Shown here in pieces: positions 31,008-40,845 of a stretch of 64,000 nucleotides of DNA. The notes below the pieces were generated by a model. It was not told the origin of the DNA. It ran no database searches and worked only from the letters and a program-made list of their open reading frames with translations. How positions within the stretch are numbered: the stretch's first letter is position 1; every line of letters begins with the position of its first letter. This DNA comes from Deltaproteobacteria bacterium. GTDB taxonomy: Bacteria > Myxococcota_A > Polyangia > Fen-1088. The position numbers were made by a program, and so were the translations under genes. The stretch lies in assembly GCA_033763315.1 (NCBI GenBank), contig JANRKS010000034.1, forward strand, positions 32,001 through 96,000. The letters are read 5' to 3'.

Positions 31008-32602
31008 TCGTCGTCCTTCCGCTTATCATCAGACGCTTGCGACGTTTGTTCCACCACGGCCACCAGCGTACCTTGTTTTAAAGTGACGTCGATGCGCTGC
31101 CCGGCGCTCACGTCGCTCTTTGACGTCACAAGGCGACCGTCGGCTGTGCGCACGAGGCTGTAGCCGCGATCCAAAACGCGCAATGGCGACAAGGCTTCAA
31201 GTTTGGCGGTGAGCCGGCCTAACGCCTGCTTTCGCGGCGCGATCGCTGCAACCGCCGCCTTCGCCAGCCGCTGCTCCAGCGCCACCACATGCGCGCGCTG
31301 AACGGCGATGCGTTTTTGCGGATGCGCGCGCAAAAGCGCCGTTTCCACAGTGCGCAGCTGGACGCGTTTGCGTCCCAGCGTCGCCTTCAAACTGTTTTCT
31401 GCGCGCGTTTGCAGATCATCAAGCGATTGGCGCCGTCGATCCAAGAGCCGGCGCGGATCTGACAGGCGGGTGGTCAATCTTTCCAACGCCAATCGCGCCC
31501 GGTGCAGCTCTCTATCGGTGCACCGGTGCAGGCGCCGGCTGGCGCTCACGAGTTCCTCGCGCAGGGCGCGCATCTCTGGAATCGCTATTTCGGCCGCAGC
31601 CGAGGGGGTGGGGGCGCGCCGATCGGCGACGAAGTCCGCGATTGTGAAGTCAGTCTCGTGTCCCACAGCCGAAATCACCGGAACGGGGCTGCGAGCAATG
31701 GCGCGGGCCACGCGCTCTTCATTGAATGCCCACAGATCTTCGAGCGAACCACCCCCGCGCGCCAAGATGATCACATCGATGCCAGGCACACGCCACAGCC
31801 GCTCAAGCGCATTGACGATGAATCCAGCCGCGCTTTCACCTTGCACGGGCGTGGGTGAAAGCACAATGCGCATGGGAAAGCGCCGGTGGGCGACATGCAC
31901 GATGTCGCGGATGACAGCGCCCGTGGGCGACGTAACCACGCCCACGCAGCGGGGCAAAAACGGCAGCGGGCGTTTGCGCTCGGGTGCAAACAGCCCCTCG
32001 GCCTCCAGCCGCTGCTTGAGTTGCAAGAACGCCAGCGCCAACGCCCCCGCGCCCGCGGGCTCGATGTCCACCAACGTCATCTGGAACTTGCCGCGCCCTT
32101 CGTAAATCGTAAGCCTGCCGCGACAGCGGACCTGCATGCCGTCGCGTGGCTTAAACTTCAGGCGTGCGGCGTCGCGCGAGAACATCACGCAGTCGACCTG
32201 CGCTTGCGCCTCTTTGAGCGTGAAATAAAGGTGGCCTGTGGGCGACGGTTTCATGCCAGAGATTTCACCCTCCACGCGCACGTCGGCATAGCGGGTTTCC
32301 AACATCACCCGCGCGCTGCGAACCAACTCCATCACTGTGAACACTTTGGGCTCACGCGGTGGCGGCGGCAGATCTGTTGGCTCAACGCCGTCAAGATCCA
32401 CCTCTGCGCTCGGGCCCACAAGTTCAACGGGAGCGGGGGAGGGCGTTGCGATGCGCACTGTGCGTCCCACCGGCGCGCGTGCGGCGGTGGTAACAGATCG
32501 CTCGGGCGGTGGCGCAGGCGACGCCGGCGCGAAAGCGTCACCCAAGAACAATTGCCGCTGCGGGGGGGAGGCGGGATCGTCGGGAGGTTTGTTGCGGCTC
32601 AC
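31004..32602 (-). CDS. xseA: Exodeoxyribonuclease VII large subunit
   Basis: VEGEISG..GHLYFTLK, RGGGSLEDLWAFNEE, SAVGHETDFTIADFVADRRAPTPS. Confidence 0.96.
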   Translation of the reverse strand: MSRNKPPDDPASPPQRQLFLGDAFAPASPAPPPERSVTTAARAPVGRTVRIATPSPAPVELVGPSAEVDLDGVEPTDLPPPPREPKVFTVMELVRSARVMLETRYADVRVEGEISGMKPSPTGHLYFTLKEAQAQVDCVMFSRDAARLKFKPRDGMQVRCRGRLTIYEGRGKFQMTLVDIEPAGAGALALAFLQLKQRLEAEGLFAPERKRPLPFLPRCVGVVTSPTGAVIRDIVHVAHRRFPMRIVLSPTPVQGESAAGFIVNALERLWRVPGIDVIILARGGGSLEDLWAFNEERVARAIARSPVPVISAVGHETDFTIADFVADRRAPTPSAAAEIAIPEMRALREELVSASRRLHRCTDRELHRARLALERLTTRLSDPRRLLDRRRQSLDDLQTRAENSLKATLGRKRVQLRTVETALLRAHPQKRIAVQRAHVVALEQRLAKAAVAAIAPRKQALGRLTAKLEALSPLRVLDRGYSLVRTADGRLVTSKSDVSAGQRIDVTLKQGTLVAVVEQTSQASDDKRKDDE

Positions 32603-33237
32603 GGCGTCCCCAAGGTGCGGGCTCGTTCGTAATCCGTGGCACTGAGCTTAATCATCTCGAGGTCCGCGATGGCGCGTCGCTTTAGCTCCTCAGCCTCACC
32701 CCGAAAGCCTGAATAACCCCATCGTTTTTCAACCTGCGCAAAGGTCAACGGCGGCCCTGCCAGTGCGGGTGCCGTGGCCGTGTCCCCCGCCACCGTCACA
32801 CCTAGCGGTCCGGCGGGCAGACGCTGTCTAAGCTCGGCCAAGGCGCGCGCGCCCATCTTCGCGGCGAAGAGGTCAGCGGCGGTTTCGGCGGTGGCGGCCG
32901 TATCAAGCGCTTTGAGCTTCTGTTCCTTGTCAGCACCTTCAGGAAAGTTGCTCAGCACCACGTCGTAGGCTTCGCGGTGGCTCTTTTGGATCGTCATCCA
33001 GGACCACCGCGTGTGCTGATCCAGAGCTTCGTAAAGCGCTTCGGCGTCTCCGCGAGAGGTGGCCGTTGCAAGAGCCTCGGCCGCCGCTTGTGCCGTCTTC
33101 GGCCCACGCGCCCCGCACGCACACACGCTGAACACGCACGCGAGCAGCCACGCCGTAAGGAACGCGCTTGCAAACGATCTGGCCGCTCGCGGGAAAAGCA
33201 CGCCACCCGGAATAGCGGAAGACGGCCGTGGGGGCAA
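32599..33237 (-). CDS. Hypothetical lipoprotein
   Basis: Lipobox-like CACG after a hydrophobic stretch; 4-bp overlap with xseA. Start uncertain. Confidence 0.6.
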   Translation of the reverse strand: MPPRPSSAIPGGVLFPRAARSFASAFLTAWLLACVFSVCACGARGPKTAQAAAEALATATSRGDAEALYEALDQHTRWSWMTIQKSHREAYDVVLSNFPEGADKEQKLKALDTAATAETAADLFAAKMGARALAELRQRLPAGPLGVTVAGDTATAPALAGPPLTFAQVEKRWGYSGFRGEAEELKRRAIADLEMIKLSATDYERARTLGTP

Positions 33238-33291
33238 GCTTGCCGCTCGCGTGGTGACTTGGGCCCGGGGCTGATAGAGTCACGCTTCCCC

Positions 33292-34404
33292 GTGCACGAC
33301 CAGACCAAAGCCCCCGACGTCCCTGCCGAGCCAGCGGATGAGTTTGCCGGCATTCGCCCCGCCCGCCGTCGACCCTCCTGGTGGGCCATCGCCGTGGTGC
33401 TGCTGTCGGGCTTTCTGATTTATCATCAACGGCACGACGTGATTTATGCGCTAACCTCCGGCGTCGCGCGTCCGCTGGGTCAAGCCGGGCAGCTGTTCAA
33501 AAACGGCCAGGCGTTGCCTGTGAACCGCTACGTGCGGATCAGCGGCACACCGGACTTTGAAAGCGCGGTCATCTTGGACACCCAAGGCGAATGGAAATTC
33601 CGTTCGTTCTTTCGCTTGCTCGAGACCGACAGAAAGCTGTTCGTCCAACGCATCGCCGGGCCCTTGCCGCTCGACATGGTTGCCCACAATAGTTTCGCAG
33701 GTCGATTGGTTCCGCTGGGCAGCGTTAGTTTTAGCGCTTCCATCCGGGCTTATTTCGACCAACACATCACTTCCACGCGCGTGTTCGATCCGGCTGTGTT
33801 TCGCGCCGCTTTTCAAGACAAACGACTTCCGGGGGCCCTGGCCGACAAGCTGGGTGAAACGGTGGCAATCGCGGGCAACCAACCCCTCGCGTTCGATGTG
33901 AGGCTCCCGCAGCGTTACCTCGTGGACGTGCCCCACGATCGTTACGAAAAACTAGAAGATGCGACGGCGGCTTTAACGGCCACGGGCGCCAAACTCCTCA
34001 GCTCCGGCAAACTGATCAGCCGCGAATCAAGTTTGAGCGGTTTCTCGTACGAGTGTGAGTTTCCCAAAGATCGTGAGCGGGCTGTGCTGAGCGCCGTAGT
34101 GGATCTGGGCAACCGCACGCGCGTCGAACCCGTGGTTCGATCCGTTGTGGCGCCCTTGTCGCAGCTGCAGCCGGCAGGCAATGGCTTTGCTGTGGTTGGC
34201 GCGAGTGATCCGCAAGCCCCGCCGAGCATTGCGTGGGACGACCTGACTTCAGTCCGGGTCGCCACCAACCTCACGATTCCTGAGGATGCCTTCTTGCTGT
34301 TGGAAGGCGAACGCCCGAGCGCGCATTACAAGTCAGTGGTGGCCACGGCCTTCTTGTTGGCTTTCGCGCTTGTGAACCTGATGGCCGTGCGCCGAAGGCT
34401 GTGA
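33292..34404 (+). CDS. Hypothetical membrane protein (N- and C-terminal TM helices)
   Basis: WWAIAVVLLSGFLIY and VVATAFLLAFALVNL flank a large soluble domain. GTG start chosen to avoid the overlap. Confidence 0.7.
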   Translation: MHDQTKAPDVPAEPADEFAGIRPARRRPSWWAIAVVLLSGFLIYHQRHDVIYALTSGVARPLGQAGQLFKNGQALPVNRYVRISGTPDFESAVILDTQGEWKFRSFFRLLETDRKLFVQRIAGPLPLDMVAHNSFAGRLVPLGSVSFSASIRAYFDQHITSTRVFDPAVFRAAFQDKRLPGALADKLGETVAIAGNQPLAFDVRLPQRYLVDVPHDRYEKLEDATAALTATGAKLLSSGKLISRESSLSGFSYECEFPKDRERAVLSAVVDLGNRTRVEPVVRSVVAPLSQLQPAGNGFAVVGASDPQAPPSIAWDDLTSVRVATNLTIPEDAFLLLEGERPSAHYKSVVATAFLLAFALVNLMAVRRRL

Positions 34405-34443
34405 GGTCACTGGGGGCGCTGGGGTCGAGGTTGCCAGACGACC

Positions 34444-35526
34444 TTATCGTTTCGTGTCGTTGTCTTGCGACAGGTAAGCCAAGATCACCTCGTCGAGGCT
34501 CTTATCGCTGATCGTGGCTGGGGCGGCCGCCGCTGGTGAGGAGGGGATGGGCGGCGCCACTTGCGCGGCCCGCGGGTTTTGGACGATAGGGTGGCTGCCT
34601 TCTTTCACCACATAAGGAACCGCAGGCCGTGGCCGTCGGGGGCGCTGGCCGTCCGGCCCCGTGCCACCCACGCCCACCACCACCGTTCGCTGCACGATCA
34701 CGCCCCCAGGAGGTGGCGACGACGACGCTGGCCTGGGCACGATGCGCTTGGCCACCGGTGGGCGAATCACCACAACCGGCGGTCGTGCGGAGGGGATCGG
34801 GGACGGGACGCGCTCTGGGGTGTTGCTGAAGGCGCCATCAAAAGGCCGCTCGCGCCCAGGACCACGCATTGAATAAACACCCAGGCCCTGGTTGCCCGGG
34901 GCGGGCGCCGGTTCCACGATGACATCGGGCAGCGGGCCCTCATCGGCGGCGATGGGCGGCAGGGCATCCAGATCGAGAGCGGGTAAATCCGCCATGGCGG
35001 CCGCTGGCTGTGCCGTGGCGGGCGGGGGCGCATAGCTGGGGTAGGGCTCCGTGTAGGCCTCGGGTTCCGCAACTGAAGGCCCCACGTGCATTTCGCCGTA
35101 GGACGCGTCGACCCGCAGATCTGAATAGGTGGCATCTGGCGACATCGGCGGCGGAGCCGCGGCCATTGGCACATCTGGCTGTGCCGGCGGGGCTGCCTCG
35201 GCCGCTGCGGCGTCAGCCATGTCCAGGAACCCGACCTCCCCGATTGACGCGAAGAAGGTTAGGATTTTGGTGTCGTAAACGCCCTGCTTGAGCTCCTTAA
35301 GGATCGCTTTGTGCTGGGTCTGCATCAGCGCTTTGACTTGATCCTCAAGCACATCCTCCGGATAGTCGGATCGCTTCGATGCGATGATCGTTCCCGCAAA
35401 AAACAAATGCGTGAAAATGCGGTTGTGGCTGACCCCGGAATCTTCGGTCTGCACGTGATAAACACGGCCGTGGTACCGAACGTTGTGGTTGAAGCCCAAG
35501 ACTGGACTGCGCGAGGCCTTCGCCAT
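34444..35526 (-). CDS. Hypothetical protein: GFNHNVRY..HVQTEDSG N-domain, Pro-rich linker
   Basis: Compact N-terminal domain recalled from myxobacterial hypothetical proteins; C-terminal KSLDEVILAYL helix. Confidence 0.75.
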   Translation of the reverse strand: MAKASRSPVLGFNHNVRYHGRVYHVQTEDSGVSHNRIFTHLFFAGTIIASKRSDYPEDVLEDQVKALMQTQHKAILKELKQGVYDTKILTFFASIGEVGFLDMADAAAAEAAPPAQPDVPMAAAPPPMSPDATYSDLRVDASYGEMHVGPSVAEPEAYTEPYPSYAPPPATAQPAAAMADLPALDLDALPPIAADEGPLPDVIVEPAPAPGNQGLGVYSMRGPGRERPFDGAFSNTPERVPSPIPSARPPVVVIRPPVAKRIVPRPASSSPPPGGVIVQRTVVVGVGGTGPDGQRPRRPRPAVPYVVKEGSHPIVQNPRAAQVAPPIPSSPAAAAPATISDKSLDEVILAYLSQDNDTKR

Positions 35527-35779
35527 TGTGCGCAAGTATACAGCAACGCTATGGCTTTTCGCTGTTCTGGCGGCATGTCTTCTTGAGCGTCGCGCTGCGT
35601 CTGGCGCATCGCCTTCGCTTAGGCCCCGGGGACGCCTGGGTTCGTGAAAAAATCTGCTGAATGTTGGTTGCGAATCCGGTACAAAAGGCAGTGGTGACGT
35701 TGTGTGCCCCAGCGTCAGGGAAGTTGTTGGTTAACGTCGGGATCCTTCGTGGTACACTCCAATAAAGGAGCGCCGCCCT

Positions 35780-36091
35780 TTGGTTAGCGTTACGGCCCGC
35801 AAAATTCGGGACATCGCCGGAGAAGCCAGTTCACCTGGCGGGCTGAGCCGCGCCTACACGGGCTACCTCGTGAGCTATCCCTCAATTGGTCGGGGCATGG
35901 TCATTTTCCGTGATCCGAAAGGTCATCGGATGGTCACAACGCCCGTTCGGCGCGTCCTTGGCGAACTAGGCTGTGACACCTTGTACGTCGAGACTGAAAA
36001 CTCGGTGTACCGTCTGACGTTTATGGCTGACGCATCCGCCAAAGCAGCGGTGGTCTCGGGCGACCAGGCCTCGGCGGCCAAAAGCGGTTAA
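35780..36091 (+). CDS. Small hypothetical beta-rich protein
   Basis: SD AAAGGAG before the TTG; extended -10 TGGTACACT upstream; VETENSVYRL motif. Confidence 0.7.
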   Translation: MVSVTARKIRDIAGEASSPGGLSRAYTGYLVSYPSIGRGMVIFRDPKGHRMVTTPVRRVLGELGCDTLYVETENSVYRLTFMADASAKAAVVSGDQASAAKSG

Positions 36092-36194
36092 ATCGCTTGC
36101 TCGAGCAGATTGAAGCCGCGACGTTCGCTTTCGCTGGGCGGCTCGGGTTTCGCCAAGTCATATGGGGCGGTATAACGGGCGCCTGGACAACCCA

Positions 36195-38177
36195 ATGAGC
36201 AGCGTCTTGTCTTCCTCCGCGCCCCGACGCGCGATCGTTCTTGCGGCAGGGCGGGGGCAGCCGATCGCCGAACCCGAAACACCCAACTGCCTCTGCAAAG
36301 TGGGTGGGATGCCACTCATTGAGCGCACGCTGCGCGTGTTGGCTGGGGCCGGCATCCGCCGCGTGGGCGTCACGATTGGCTGGCACGCCGATCTGGTTCG
36401 AGACGCGGTGAACCGCGTCCTGTCGTCCGATCCGAGCCTCGACTTGGAGATTTCGTTCTTTGTGAACGATCGATGGGATCAGCCCAACGGTCTTTCTGTC
36501 TTGGCGGCCCGCTCGTTTTTGACCGAGCGAACATTGCTGCTGATGGCGGATCAAATCGCGGCGCCTCACTTGGTGCATAAACTTGTGACCGCGGCGCCTG
36601 GCTCGGCGGAGATCGTGCTGGCCGTTGATCGCGAGCTGTCGCGTGTGTTTGATTTTGACGATGCTACGAAGGTGAAGTTATCCAGCCCACGCGCGGGCGC
36701 CACGGTGGATGGCATCAGCAAAACGCTGCTGGTCCACGATGGCATCAGTGTGGGTATGATGGTTGTGTCGCCGGCGTTGGTGCGGTGCTTGGACGAGCTC
36801 AAAACATCAAGCCTCACCGAAGGGGTCGCCTTGGCGGCCTCGCGCGGCCTGGTGGTGGCTCATGATGTGCACGGGGCCCTGTGGCAGGACGTTGATTCCG
36901 TCGATATGCGACTGCACGCCGAATGGTTGCTTCGCGTCTATGGCGGCGATCTGCTCCACCCCGCGATGAAAGCCGAAGGCCGCACGGGTGTGTCAGACAC
37001 ATTGGCGCTGATCGCGCAGTTGATGGCCGAGAAGGACACGCCTCGTTACACGCTGCTGAACCCTGGGCCGGTGATGACTTCGGCGCGGGTGAAGGCGGCG
37101 CTTGTGCATCCGGATCTGTGCCACCGCGACGGCGATTATTCTTCAGTCGTCAAACGCCTGCGCGAGAAGCTGAGGCCTGTGTTCCGTGCCAGCGCCGAGC
37201 ACGAAGTGATCCTGCTGACGGGCTCGGGCACCGCGGCTATGGAATTGGCGATTTCATCGTGCGTGCCCGCGGGTAAAAAGCTGCTGGTGGTCAACAACGG
37301 CGCCTTTGGTGATCGCATGGCAGAGGTGGGTGCTGTGCATGGCATTCCTGTTGTGATGATCCGTTGCGCGTGGGGCGAGATCCCGAACGCGGAAGACGTT
37401 GAGCGCGCTTTGCAAAATGATCCCGACATCGCCGTGGTGGCCATGGTTCACCACGAAACATCGGTAGGCGTTTTGAACCCTGTGACGGAGGTGGGCGCCG
37501 CGTGCGCCAAACATGATCGCCTGTTCATTCTCGACACGGTGTCGTCGTTGGGCGCCGAGGATTTGGATGTGATCCGCGACAACGTCGATATCGCTTATGC
37601 CTCCGCAAACAAATGCTTGCACGGCGTGGCGGGCGTGGCGTTCGCATGCATATCGCCGCGCGTGTGGCCACGCATCGAGCACGTGGCACCGCGCTCTTTC
37701 TACTTGAGCTTGTCACGTTACGAACACTATTTGCAGATGGTGAACCAAACGCCGTTCACGCCCGCCGTCACGGCGTTCTTGGCACTTGAGGCGGCGGTGG
37801 ATGAATTCACCGAACGCGGCGGGGGTGAGGTGCGCCGCAACACCTATCGCCTGCGCAACCTACGCGTGCGGCAGGTGCTCACGCAGGTGGGCTTTCACTC
37901 CTTCACGAACACTGGCCGCGAATCCTGTTCAATCTGCACGATGAAGGTGCCTCCGTTCTTGCGCGTGGATGAGCTTTACGATCGACTCAAAGAGCGCGGC
38001 TTCATCGCCTATAAATGCAAAGGGCCCTTGGCCGCCGATTACATGCAGATCGCCAATATGGGCGAACTGTCGGAGACTGACCTTGAAGGTTTCTTGGCGG
38101 CCGTCACCGAAATCGTGGATGCGGCGCGCCCGGCCGAACAACCGCCCACGCGCCGGCCGCAGCTCAAGTCGGTCTAA
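36195..38177 (+). CDS. Nucleotidyltransferase (LicC/PntC-like) fused to 2-aminoethylphosphonate-pyruvate aminotransferase (PhnW-like)
   Basis: AIVLAAGRG..WQDVDS N-domain; LLNPGPV, GSGTAAME, VHHETSVG, DTVSSLG and SANKCLHG (PLP Lys) C-domain. Confidence 0.88.
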   Translation: MSSVLSSSAPRRAIVLAAGRGQPIAEPETPNCLCKVGGMPLIERTLRVLAGAGIRRVGVTIGWHADLVRDAVNRVLSSDPSLDLEISFFVNDRWDQPNGLSVLAARSFLTERTLLLMADQIAAPHLVHKLVTAAPGSAEIVLAVDRELSRVFDFDDATKVKLSSPRAGATVDGISKTLLVHDGISVGMMVVSPALVRCLDELKTSSLTEGVALAASRGLVVAHDVHGALWQDVDSVDMRLHAEWLLRVYGGDLLHPAMKAEGRTGVSDTLALIAQLMAEKDTPRYTLLNPGPVMTSARVKAALVHPDLCHRDGDYSSVVKRLREKLRPVFRASAEHEVILLTGSGTAAMELAISSCVPAGKKLLVVNNGAFGDRMAEVGAVHGIPVVMIRCAWGEIPNAEDVERALQNDPDIAVVAMVHHETSVGVLNPVTEVGAACAKHDRLFILDTVSSLGAEDLDVIRDNVDIAYASANKCLHGVAGVAFACISPRVWPRIEHVAPRSFYLSLSRYEHYLQMVNQTPFTPAVTAFLALEAAVDEFTERGGGEVRRNTYRLRNLRVRQVLTQVGFHSFTNTGRESCSICTMKVPPFLRVDELYDRLKERGFIAYKCKGPLAADYMQIANMGELSETDLEGFLAAVTEIVDAARPAEQPPTRRPQLKSV

Positions 38178-38321
38178 ATCCCACCTATCCGAGACTAAAT
38201 TCATCCGCGGGGCAGGTTTTCCGGTAACCGGCCCGGGAATGTGCATTAATGCCCCCTCACAAGCGACGAGCCCCCTGAACAGTTCGGGGCGCGAGTCGCG
38301 GCTTACGAAAGACGTGTGGAA

Positions 38322-38519
38322 ATGCCTGAGGGAACGATTAAGAGGAAGACGGACAAGGGATTTGGGTTTATCGAGACAGGGTCCGGCCCAGACATGTTCT
38401 TTCACAGCTCCAGCCTTCAGGGTGTGTCGTTTGACCAACTGCAAGAAGGTCAACGAGTCTCCTTCACCGTGGGTCAGGGTCCTAAGGGCCCCCGCGCTGA
38501 AGGCGTGAAGGTCATCTAG
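38322..38519 (+). CDS. Cold-shock protein
   Basis: KGFGFI (RNP1), MFFHSS (RNP2), GPKGPRAEGV. Confidence 0.95.
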   Translation: MPEGTIKRKTDKGFGFIETGSGPDMFFHSSSLQGVSFDQLQEGQRVSFTVGQGPKGPRAEGVKVI

Positions 38520-38526
38520 TTACCGC

Positions 38527-38558
38527 CACGACCCGCGGTTTTGCGACCGCGGGTCGTG
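38527..38558 (+). terminator. Terminator hairpin after the cold-shock gene
   Basis: Perfect 13-bp stem CACGACCCGCGGT / ACCGCGGGTCGTG, followed by ATCTGTTGTT. Confidence 0.7.
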
Positions 38559-38583
38559 ATCTGTTGTTGATCCGACGTTCTGA

Positions 38584-38631
38584 TTGACAGGGCGGTCCCA
38601 AGTTCGTACACCCTTACGTAAACGTAAGGGT
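38584..38631 (+). promoter_or_regulatory. Sigma70-type promoter with overlapping palindromic operator for the merR-isc operon
   Basis: TTGACA (38584-89), 17-bp spacer, weak -10 TACACC (38607-12). Perfect dyad ACCCTTACGT-AA-ACGTAAGGGT at 38610-38631. Confidence 0.75.
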
Positions 38632-38636
38632 TCGAC

Positions 38637-39122
38637 ATGGACGTACCAGCTCTGCATCTTTCTTATCTCAAGGTCGGCGATCTAGCGCGCCGCACCGGAA
38701 AGACAGTGCGCGCGATCCACCTCTACGAGGAGCTGGGGTTGCTGGCGCCCATCCGGTCCAAAGGTGGCTACCGCCTTTACCACGCCCGGGCCGTTGATCG
38801 CGTCGAGTGGATTCAGAAGCTGCAAGATATGGGCTTCTCCTTGACCGACATCAAGGCGTTTTTGCAGGTGTGGGAGCAAAGCAGCACCGCTCCCAGCGCG
38901 ATGCAGACGGTGCGTGACATCTTTTCGGAGAAGCTGCGCGAAACCAACGACACGTTGGCGCGTTTGACGAAGTTGTCGCGCGAGTTAGAGGAGAGTTTGG
39001 CTTACCTCGACAGCTGCAAGTCGTGTGAGCCGGTTCATACGCAACAACAGTGTGGTTGTTGCGACATGCACGGCCACGAAGGGCATGCGCCCTTGCTGGT
39101 GGATGGCATCACCCGGCACTAA
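38637..39122 (+). CDS. MerR-family transcriptional regulator with Cys/His-rich C-terminus
   Basis: KVGDLARRTGKTVRAIHLYEELGLL..RSKGGYRLY HTH, MGFSLTDIK, tail CKSC-x8-CGCCDMHGHEGH. Confidence 0.92.
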   Translation: MDVPALHLSYLKVGDLARRTGKTVRAIHLYEELGLLAPIRSKGGYRLYHARAVDRVEWIQKLQDMGFSLTDIKAFLQVWEQSSTAPSAMQTVRDIFSEKLRETNDTLARLTKLSRELEESLAYLDSCKSCEPVHTQQQCGCCDMHGHEGHAPLLVDGITRH

Positions 39123-39140
39123 ACGTTTGAAGGAACCACG

Positions 39141-40358
39141 ATGGCTCTAAAATTCCCGATCTACATGGACAACAACGCCACCACGCCGATGGATCCGCGT
39201 GTGCTTGAAGCAATGTTGCCGTACTTCACAGAGCATTTCGGCAACTCTGCCAGCCGCTCGCACGCGTATGGCTGGGAGGCCGAAAAGGGCGTTGAGAAGG
39301 CGCGCGAGCACGTGGGTGAAAGCATTGGCGCCTCGGGCAAAGAAATCGTTTGGACTTCGGGTGCCACCGAATCCGACAATCTGGCGATCAAGGGCGCAGC
39401 GCACTTCTATAAAGACCGCGGCAACCACATCATCACGTCGCAAGTCGAACACAAAGCTGTGCTCGATACGTGCAAACGCCTAGAAAAAGAAGGCTTTGAC
39501 GTCACGTATTTGCCCACGCAGGCCGATGGCCGCATCAGCGCTGATTCGGTGGAAGCGGCGATGACCGACAAGACGATTCTTGTGTCGGTGATGTTGGCCA
39601 ATAATGAAGTGGGCGTGGTGAATCCGATTGCCGAGATCGGCGAGCGCGTCAAAGCGCGCAAGGCGCTGTTCCACGTGGACGCTGTGCAAGGGCACGGCCG
39701 CATCCCGTTCGATGTGGACGCCTGCAAAGTGGATTTGGCGTCTTTGTCCGCCCATAAAATGTACGGGCCTAAGGGCGTGGGGGCGCTTTATGTGCGTCGC
39801 AAACCACGCATTCGTCTTGAAGCGATGATCGATGGCGGTGGCCATGAGCGGGGCATGCGGTCTGGCACGTTGAATGTGCCGGGCATCGTGGGGTTCGGCA
39901 AAGCCGCGGCGCTTTGCATGGAGCTCATGCCACAGGAATCCAAACACAGCTTCGAGTTGCGCGAACGGTTGCGCAAAGGCATTCAGGCGCGCGTCAGCGA
40001 TACGTTCGTCAACGGTTCCATGGAGCACCGCTTGCCGGGCAACTTGAACATCAGTTTTGCGTACATCGAAGGCGAATCACTGCTGATGGGGCTCAAGGAC
40101 GTGGCTGTTTCGTCTGGTTCGGCCTGTACGTCGGCTTCGCTTGAACCGTCTTACGTGTTGCGTGCGTTGGGCGTCGAAGAAGAGTTGGCGCACACGTCGA
40201 TACGTTTTGGTATCGGCCGCTTCAACACCGAGGAAGAAGTGGATTACGTCATCGATTTGGTTTCACGCAAAGTGGGCAAGCTCCGTGAGCTGTCACCGCT
40301 TTACGAAATGGTCCAAGAAGGTATCGACATCAAGTCGATTCAGTGGACCGCTCACTAA
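39141..40358 (+). CDS. iscS: Cysteine desulfurase IscS
   Basis: [40 protein letters not shown] tail. Confidence 0.97.
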   Translation: MALKFPIYMDNNATTPMDPRVLEAMLPYFTEHFGNSASRSHAYGWEAEKGVEKAREHVGESIGASGKEIVWTSGATESDNLAIKGAAHFYKDRGNHIITSQVEHKAVLDTCKRLEKEGFDVTYLPTQADGRISADSVEAAMTDKTILVSVMLANNEVGVVNPIAEIGERVKARKALFHVDAVQGHGRIPFDVDACKVDLASLSAHKMYGPKGVGALYVRRKPRIRLEAMIDGGGHERGMRSGTLNVPGIVGFGKAAALCMELMPQESKHSFELRERLRKGIQARVSDTFVNGSMEHRLPGNLNISFAYIEGESLLMGLKDVAVSSGSACTSASLEPSYVLRALGVEEELAHTSIRFGIGRFNTEEEVDYVIDLVSRKVGKLRELSPLYEMVQEGIDIKSIQWTAH

Positions 40359-40385
40359 GGTTCGGCATCAAATAAGGGGATCGTC

Positions 40386-40814
40386 ATGGCATATAGCGAA
40401 AAACTTCTGGATCACTACGAGAACCCACGCAACGTGGGCAGCTTGGACAAGAACGACCCGCACGTGGGAACGGGTCTTGTGGGCGCGCCGGCTTGTGGCG
40501 ACGTTATGAAGCTGCAAATCCGCGTGAACGACGACGGCGTTATTGAAGACGCGCGCTTCAAGACGTTCGGCTGTGGATCCGCCATCGCGTCCTCGTCTTT
40601 GGCCACCGAGTGGATCAAAGGCATGAGCGTTGATCAAGCGATGCAAGTGAAGAACACGCAGATTGTGGAAGAGTTGAATCTTCCGCCGGTGAAGATTCAC
40701 TGCTCTGTGTTGGCCGAAGACGCGATCAAAAGCGCCATCGCCGATTACAAATCAAAGCAATTGGGGCGGCCAGCCGCGGCAGCGTCCGCTGAATCTGCAT
40801 CCGCCGCTAAGTAG
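40386..40814 (+). CDS. iscU: Fe-S scaffold IscU
   Basis: DHYENPRNVG, GAPACGDVM, FGCGSAIASSS, LPPVKIHCS. Confidence 0.98.
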   Translation: MAYSEKLLDHYENPRNVGSLDKNDPHVGTGLVGAPACGDVMKLQIRVNDDGVIEDARFKTFGCGSAIASSSLATEWIKGMSVDQAMQVKNTQIVEELNLPPVKIHCSVLAEDAIKSAIADYKSKQLGRPAAAASAESASAAK

Positions 40815-40845
40815 TCCTTTGTAAGGTTCAAGGAGAACACCTTCC

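Noticed and set aside
32977-33291. N-terminal extension of the 475-aa ORF
   Set aside because: Overlaps the divergent lipoprotein gene and is low-complexity and Arg-rich. GTG at 33292 is more plausible.
38180-38321. Structured leader of the cold-shock gene as a novel ncRNA
   Set aside because: Long structured 5' UTRs are normal for csp genes, and I recognised no riboswitch consensus.
38607-38638. Classical 19-bp-spacer MerR-activated promoter around the dyad
   Set aside because: The -35 and -10 would be poor and the start site would fall inside the merR coding sequence. The 17-bp TTGACA promoter fits better.
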